In this document: positions 58,483-64,000 of the stretch, one piece after another
Numbering within the stretch: position 1 is the stretch's first letter
Layout: the number at the start of each line of letters is the position of its first letter
NCBI GenBank assembly: GCA_002269645.1
Contig: NIVC01000659.1
Coordinates: 372,001 to 436,000 of the forward strand
Direction of reading: 5' to 3'
Origin: Macrostomum lignano
Lineage: Eukaryota
Length of the DNA stretch: 64,000 nucleotides
The notes under the pieces: generated by a model
The model's database searches: none
Told to the model about the DNA's origin: nothing
The model's input: the letters and a program-made list of their open reading frames with translations, nothing else
Program-made: the position numbers and the translations under genes

Positions 58483-60090
58483 TATCAAACAGCTAACACA
58501 GGTATCAAACGGGTAACACAGGTATCAAACAGCTAACACAGGTATCAAACAGCTAACACAGGTATCAAACAGCTAACACAGGTATCAAACGGGTAACACA
58601 GGTATCAAACAGCTAATACAGGTATCAAACAGCTAACACAGGTATCAAACAGCTAACACAGGTATCAAACAGCTAACACAGGTATCAAACGGGTAACACA
58701 GGTATCAAACAGCTAACACAGGTATCAAACAGCTAACACAGGTATCAAACAGCTAACACAGGTATCAAACGGGTAACACAGGTATCAAACAGCTAATACA
58801 GGTATCAAACAGCTAATACAGGTATCAAACAGCTAACACAGGTATCAAACAGCTAATACAGGTATCAAACAGCTAACACAGGTATCAAACAGCTAACACA
58901 GGTATCAAACAGCTAATACAGGTATCAAACAGCTAATACAGGTATCAAACAGCTAACACAGGTATCAAACAGCTAATACAGGTATCAAACAGCTAACACA
59001 GGTATCAAACAGCTAACACAGGTATCAAACAGCTAACACAGGTATCAAACAGCTAACACAGGTATCAAACGGGTAACACAGGTATCAAACAGCTAATACA
59101 GGTATCAAACAGCTAACACAGGTATCAAACGGGTAACACAGGTATCAAACAGCTAACACAGGTATCAAACGGGTAACACAGGTATCAAACAGCTAATACA
59201 GGTATCAAACAGCTAATACAGGTATCAAACAGCTAACACAGGTATCAAACAGCTAACACAGGTATCAAACAGCTAATACAGGTATCAAACAGCTAACACA
59301 GGTATCAAACAGCTAACACAGGTATCAAACAGCTAACACAGGTATCAAACGGGTAACACAGGTATCAAACAGCTAATACAGGTATCAAACAGCTAATACA
59401 GGTATCAAACAGCTAACACAGGTATCAAACAGCTAATACAGGTATCAAACAGCTAACACAGGTATCAAACAGCTAACACAGGTATCAAACAGCTAATACA
59501 GGTATCAAACAGCTAATACAGGTATCAAACAGCTAACACAGGTATCAAACGGGTAACACAGGTATCAAACAGCTAATACAGGTATCAAACAGCTAACACA
59601 GGTATCAAACAGCTAACACAGGTATCAAACAGCTAACACAGGTATCAAACGGGTAACACAGGTATCAAACAGCTAATACAGGTATCAAACAGCTAATACA
59701 GGTATCAAACAGCTAACACAGGTATCAAACGGGTAACACAGGTATCAAACAGCTAACACAGGTATCAAACAGCTAATACAGGTATCAAACAGCTAACACA
59801 GGTATCAAACGGGTAACACAGGTATCAAACAGCTAATACAGGTATCAAACAGCTAACACAGGTATCAAACGGGTAACACAGGTATCAAACAGCTAACACA
59901 GGTATCAAACGGGTAACACAGGTATCAAACAGCTAATACAGGTATCAAACAGCTAATACAGGTATCAAACAGCTAACACAGGTATCAAACGGGTAACACA
60001 GGTATCAAACAGCTAACACAGGTATCAAACGGGTAACACAGGTATCAAACAGCTAATACAGGTATCAAACAGGCAATCCAGGTATCAAAC
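58483..60090. repeat. 20-bp minisatellite (caggtatcaaacagctaaca), about 80 copies, three variants
   Basis: Exact 20-bp register; variants agctaaca, agctaata and gggtaaca. Confidence 0.98.
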
Positions 60091-60589
60091 TGTTAGTTAT
60101 CCATGTATGCTTAAAAGGTAATCTAAAAAGCTCAAAATAAAAAAGAAATGTCTGTCTAATACACATTGGTATATCTAACATAAAAGCAACAAATAAATAA
60201 GTAAACAAGAAACACAAACAAAAATCCAAAGGAAGAACTGGAATTTGTCAATTATTTTATCCCAAAAGCAGTGAAATGTTCTTCAATACGGATTCTACAA
60301 AATTGATAAAAGCAAAACAAAGTGAAATTGCAAGAAACAAGCCAAACGGGCAGCATGTACAGACATGTCACATTATGAATTAGGTAGCTTAAGTTGCGAA
60401 CTGTATGAAACGCTGTGTCCTTCAGGTTCTTATCAGCACTGGCTAATCAGACAGCGAAGATGGGCACGCATGTGATTGACACCAAAGACTGAGAGCGTAA
60501 ATATGGAAATGTCTATCATACTGCATGGCCTGATAAGAGTATGGTTTCCGGGGTGAAAGAAATGGGCGATTTTTAACGCTGTTTAGGGG

Positions 60590-61200
60590 CAAATCTTAAA
60601 GCTATTTAGGGCTATTTAGGGGCGAATCTTAGGGCTTTTTAGGAGTGATTGTTAGTTCTATTTAGGGGCGACTCTTAGGGCTATTTAGAGGCGACTCTTA
60701 GCGCTATTTAGAGGCGATTCTTAGCGCTATTTAGAGGCGATTCTTAGGGCTAATTGGAGGCGATTCTTAGGGCTATTTAGAGGAGATTCTTAGGGCTATT
60801 TAGAAGCGATTCTTAGGGCTATTTAGATGAGATTCTTAGGGCTATTGAGAGGCGATTCTTAGGGCTATTTAGAAGCGATTCTTAGCGCTATTGAGAGGCG
60901 ATTCTTAGGGCTATTTAGAAGCGATTCTTAGCGCTATTGAGAGGCGATTCTTAGGGCTATTTAGAGGCGATTCTTAGCGCTATTTAGAAGCGATTCTTAG
61001 GGCTATTAAGGGGTGATTTTTAGGGCTATGTATGGACAACTCTTAGGGCTATTTATGGGCGACTCTTAGGGCTATTTATGGGTGACTCTTAGGGTTATTT
61101 ATGGGCGATTTTTAAGGCTATATTTAGGAGCGATTCTTAGGGCTTTTTAGGGGCGATTTTTACGGCTATTTATGGGCGATTCTTACAGTTATTTAAGGGT
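60590..61200. repeat. 23-bp minisatellite (gcgattcttagggctatttagag) containing TTAGGG
   Basis: Seen directly; degenerates at the edges. Confidence 0.92.
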
Positions 61201-61335
61201 AATTCTTCAATCATGTTTTATAAAGAATCTCAAGAACTATTTAGGACCACTCTTTCACCCTTGAAGGACAATTCATGGTACAGCTAAGGACCAAAACCAG
61301 AGACAAATTCAGGCAGAAAGATTCGCAAATACATA

Positions 61336-63922
61336 TCAGGTACTGGACAAGTTTTCAGTCTGCTGAGAGGCACCAGGCGCTGCTTCCAATTCCACCTGTT
61401 GTTGCTGCTGTTGCAGTTTCTTCTCCTGCGCCAGCTGCTTTCGACACTTTTGAGTTCGCCGCATAAACTCGTGCCCGACGCAGTCCAGTATTTCAGCCGC
61501 GGTTTTATTGCGACAGCATCGCTTGCACAGGGCAAATGAGCACTTCAGCGAGCTCGGATTGCGGCACTCCGAGCACTCTGGCGCTGGCAGGTTCGGCCCG
61601 CAACCGCCGTTTGCCAGCTTGCGCAGCTCCCGGGCCCGCTGCTTCCGCTGCTCTTTGGCCAGTCGGCGTTGACGCCGCTGCTCTGCCAGCTTGCCGCTCT
61701 CCGCCAGGCTGCGCGCTTTGCGGCGATCCCGCTGCTCGCGAGCCTCCGCCGCCTCGGCCGAGCTGGCAATCACGGCGGCCGCTGCCGCGTCCGGCGCCAC
61801 GTCGCCTTGGACAGAGGCTGATGCTGCGGCTACGGCCATTGGCGAGCTGCGGGGATCGAACAGGAGAAAGGGAATTGTTGACAGCTTCTAAAGGCGATGC
61901 ATGGTTAGGTCTCCAAATATCAGCTAACCATTCCTGATCCTCTGTCCGCTTTCTGGGACACCGGCGCCCTCCTAGACAACAGAATTCAAGTCCCACCTTT
62001 CTGGATCCCCAGACTAAAGTTCCACCCTCCCAGGTCCTCAGTTGCTGGGCCACCAGCCTCCCAGGTCCTCAGTTGCTGGGCCAGCCTCCCAGGTCCTCAG
62101 TTGCTGGGCCAGCCTCCCAGATCCTCAGTTGCTGGGCCAGCCTCCCAGATCCTCAGTTGCTGGGCCAGTCTCCCAGATCCTCAGTTGCTGGGCCAGTCTC
62201 CCAGATCCTCAGTTGCTGGGCCAGCCTCCCAGATCCTCAGTTGCTGGGCCACCAGCCTCCCAGATCCTCAGTTGCTGAGCCAGTCTCCCAGATCCCCAGT
62301 TGCTAGGTTGAAACTTGAAACCCAATGTACTAAAGCAAATAGCACAGGTAGTCCAGACGCACATATGCCTCCTATACGGCTGGCAGAGCCAGAATCTCAG
62401 CGGCAGCCGGTCAATATAGGCTCGCACATCCGGCTCCATAGCTTCAGCGGCGGCTTTGGCATTGGCCAGGTGCGGCTCACAGAGCGACTCGGCCAGGTCC
62501 ATGGCGGCCTGCAAATCGTCCAGCGAGCTGGCCGCGGCCACTTCGTCTCGAATCTTCGGGAATATCGTGCAGCTGCCGATCGATATAGGGGGGGGGGGAC
62601 CGGTGTCTCAGATAACATGGTAGACAGGTGTCTCAGATATCATGGCAGACAGGTGTCTCAGATATCAAGACAGACAGGTGTCTCAGATAACAAGGCAGAC
62701 AGGTGTCTCAGATATCAAGGCAGACAGGTGTCTCAGATAACAAGGCAAACATGTGTCTCAGATAACAAGGCAGACAGGTGTCTCAGATGTCATGGCAGAC
62801 AGGTGTCTCAGATATCATGGTAGACAGGTGTCTCAGATATCAAGACAGACAGGTGTCTCAGATAACAAGGCAGACAGGTGTCTCAGATATCATGGTAGAC
62901 AGGTGTCTCAGATAACAAGGCAGACAGGTGTCTCAGATATCAAGGCAGACAGGTGTCTCAGATAACAAGGCAAACATGTGTCTCAGATAACAAGGCAGAC
63001 AGGTGTCTCAGATGTCATGGCAGACAGGTGTCTCAGATATCATGGTAGACAGGTGTCTCAGATATCAAGACAGACAGGTGTCTCAGATGTCATGGCAGAC
63101 AGGTGTCTCAGATATCATGGTAGACAGGTGTCTCAGATATCAAGGCAGACAGGTGTCTCAGATAACAAGGCAGACATGCGTCTCAGATAACAAGGCAGAC
63201 AGGTGTCTCAGATGTCATGGCAGACAGGTGTCTCAGATATCATGGTAGACAGGTGTCTCAGATATCAAGACAGACAGGTGTCTCAGATAACAAGGCAGAC
63301 AGGTGTCTCAGATATCAAGGCAGACAGGTGTCTCAGATAACAAGGCAGACATGTGTCTCAGATAACAAGGCAGACAGGTGTCTCAGATGTCATGGCAGAC
63401 AGGTGTCTCAGATAGCAATACCAAGACAGACAGATGTTCAGACACCACAGATAAACTAACAAGTGAAGACTCACAGGTGATGCAATAATTTGAACACGTG
63501 ACCCCTGGCGTAGGACAACGGACACGGATAGTCCCTGGCCAGCTGCAGGTACTCCCGGCCAATAACCCAGGCTGGCTGGTGCTCGGCCGACTCAAATAGG
63601 CCAGGATTGTGCAGGTGACCTTCGGCTGACATCACTCCGCAACAGCCAGTATTGGCTAGGCAAGCCAACGCGTCGGCCAAGTATTCAATGTTGCCATTGG
63701 CAACCACAGGTACGTTGACGGCTTGGCGAATAGCTTGAATATGAGACCAGCTGGCTAAACCGGTTTGACAGCCTTTCTGCTCTCTGGTTCGGCCGTGCAC
63801 AGTGAGTATAGATGCCCCAGCAGCGACAAGGCGTTGAGCATAGTTGACAGATTTTTCTACGCTTTCGAATACGCGAATTTTTGTCGTTATTGGGACGGAC
63901 AGCTCGGCGGCGCACTTCGAGA
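61336..63922 (-). CDS. DUS1L: tRNA-dihydrouridine synthase 1-like, last three exons (5' part lies beyond the window)
   Basis: Exons 63922-63475, 62572-62363 and 61846-61336, joined in phase 2. Motifs: [44 protein letters not shown] and WLCQPY, plus the C-terminal Cys-rich [22 protein letters not shown] typical of DUS1L. Confidence 0.95.
62030..62302. repeat. 28-bp minisatellite in a DUS1L intron, reverse complement of the PSMD12 intron 5 unit
   Basis: cccagatcctcagttgctgggccagcct. Confidence 0.93.
62602..63412. repeat. 25-bp minisatellite in a DUS1L intron (cagacaggtgtctcagataacaagg)
   Basis: 25-aa periodicity across frames. Confidence 0.96.
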
Positions 63923-64000
63923 CTGGCAACGGTTTTTTTTAAAGAACATCGGGTATTATTGACTAGTACAGTGCTATTCCGTTATACTACTCACAGCTAT

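Overview
Repeat-rich eukaryotic (metazoan) genomic DNA. GC-rich exons with poly-Ala runs, AT-rich spacers and introns filled with mini/microsatellites suggest a Macrostomum-like flatworm; this is inference only. By eye about 40% of the window is tandem repeat, and nearly all long low-complexity ORFs in the supplied track are artefacts of these repeats. Host genes reconstructed by hand from splice sites: PSMD12/Rpn5 (6 exons, minus, 436 aa); the 3' part of DUS1L (minus, runs off the window); a divergent AGC-like Ser/Thr kinase (minus, about 430 aa) whose last exon is tandemly duplicated; a MARCH-like RINGv + 2-TM E3 ligase (minus); and a convergent paralog sharing the TM module but lacking a recognisable RING. 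Mobile DNA: a CACTA/EnSpm-type element with an apparently intact DDE transposase and a divergently transcribed spliced accessory gene; two MITEs; a TTAA-flanked (TATC)n mini-element present twice; and a 5'-truncated LOA-like non-LTR retrotransposon (ORF1, TAATG-coupled APE-RT-RNaseH ORF2, (GTAA)n tail) inserted inside a (GACA/GATA)n array. The best leads are the possibly microsatellite-targeting LINE, the RING-bearing/RING-less ligase pair, the non-RD kinase, and a 54-bp minisatellite in which every full unit carries an exact ERSE consensus.
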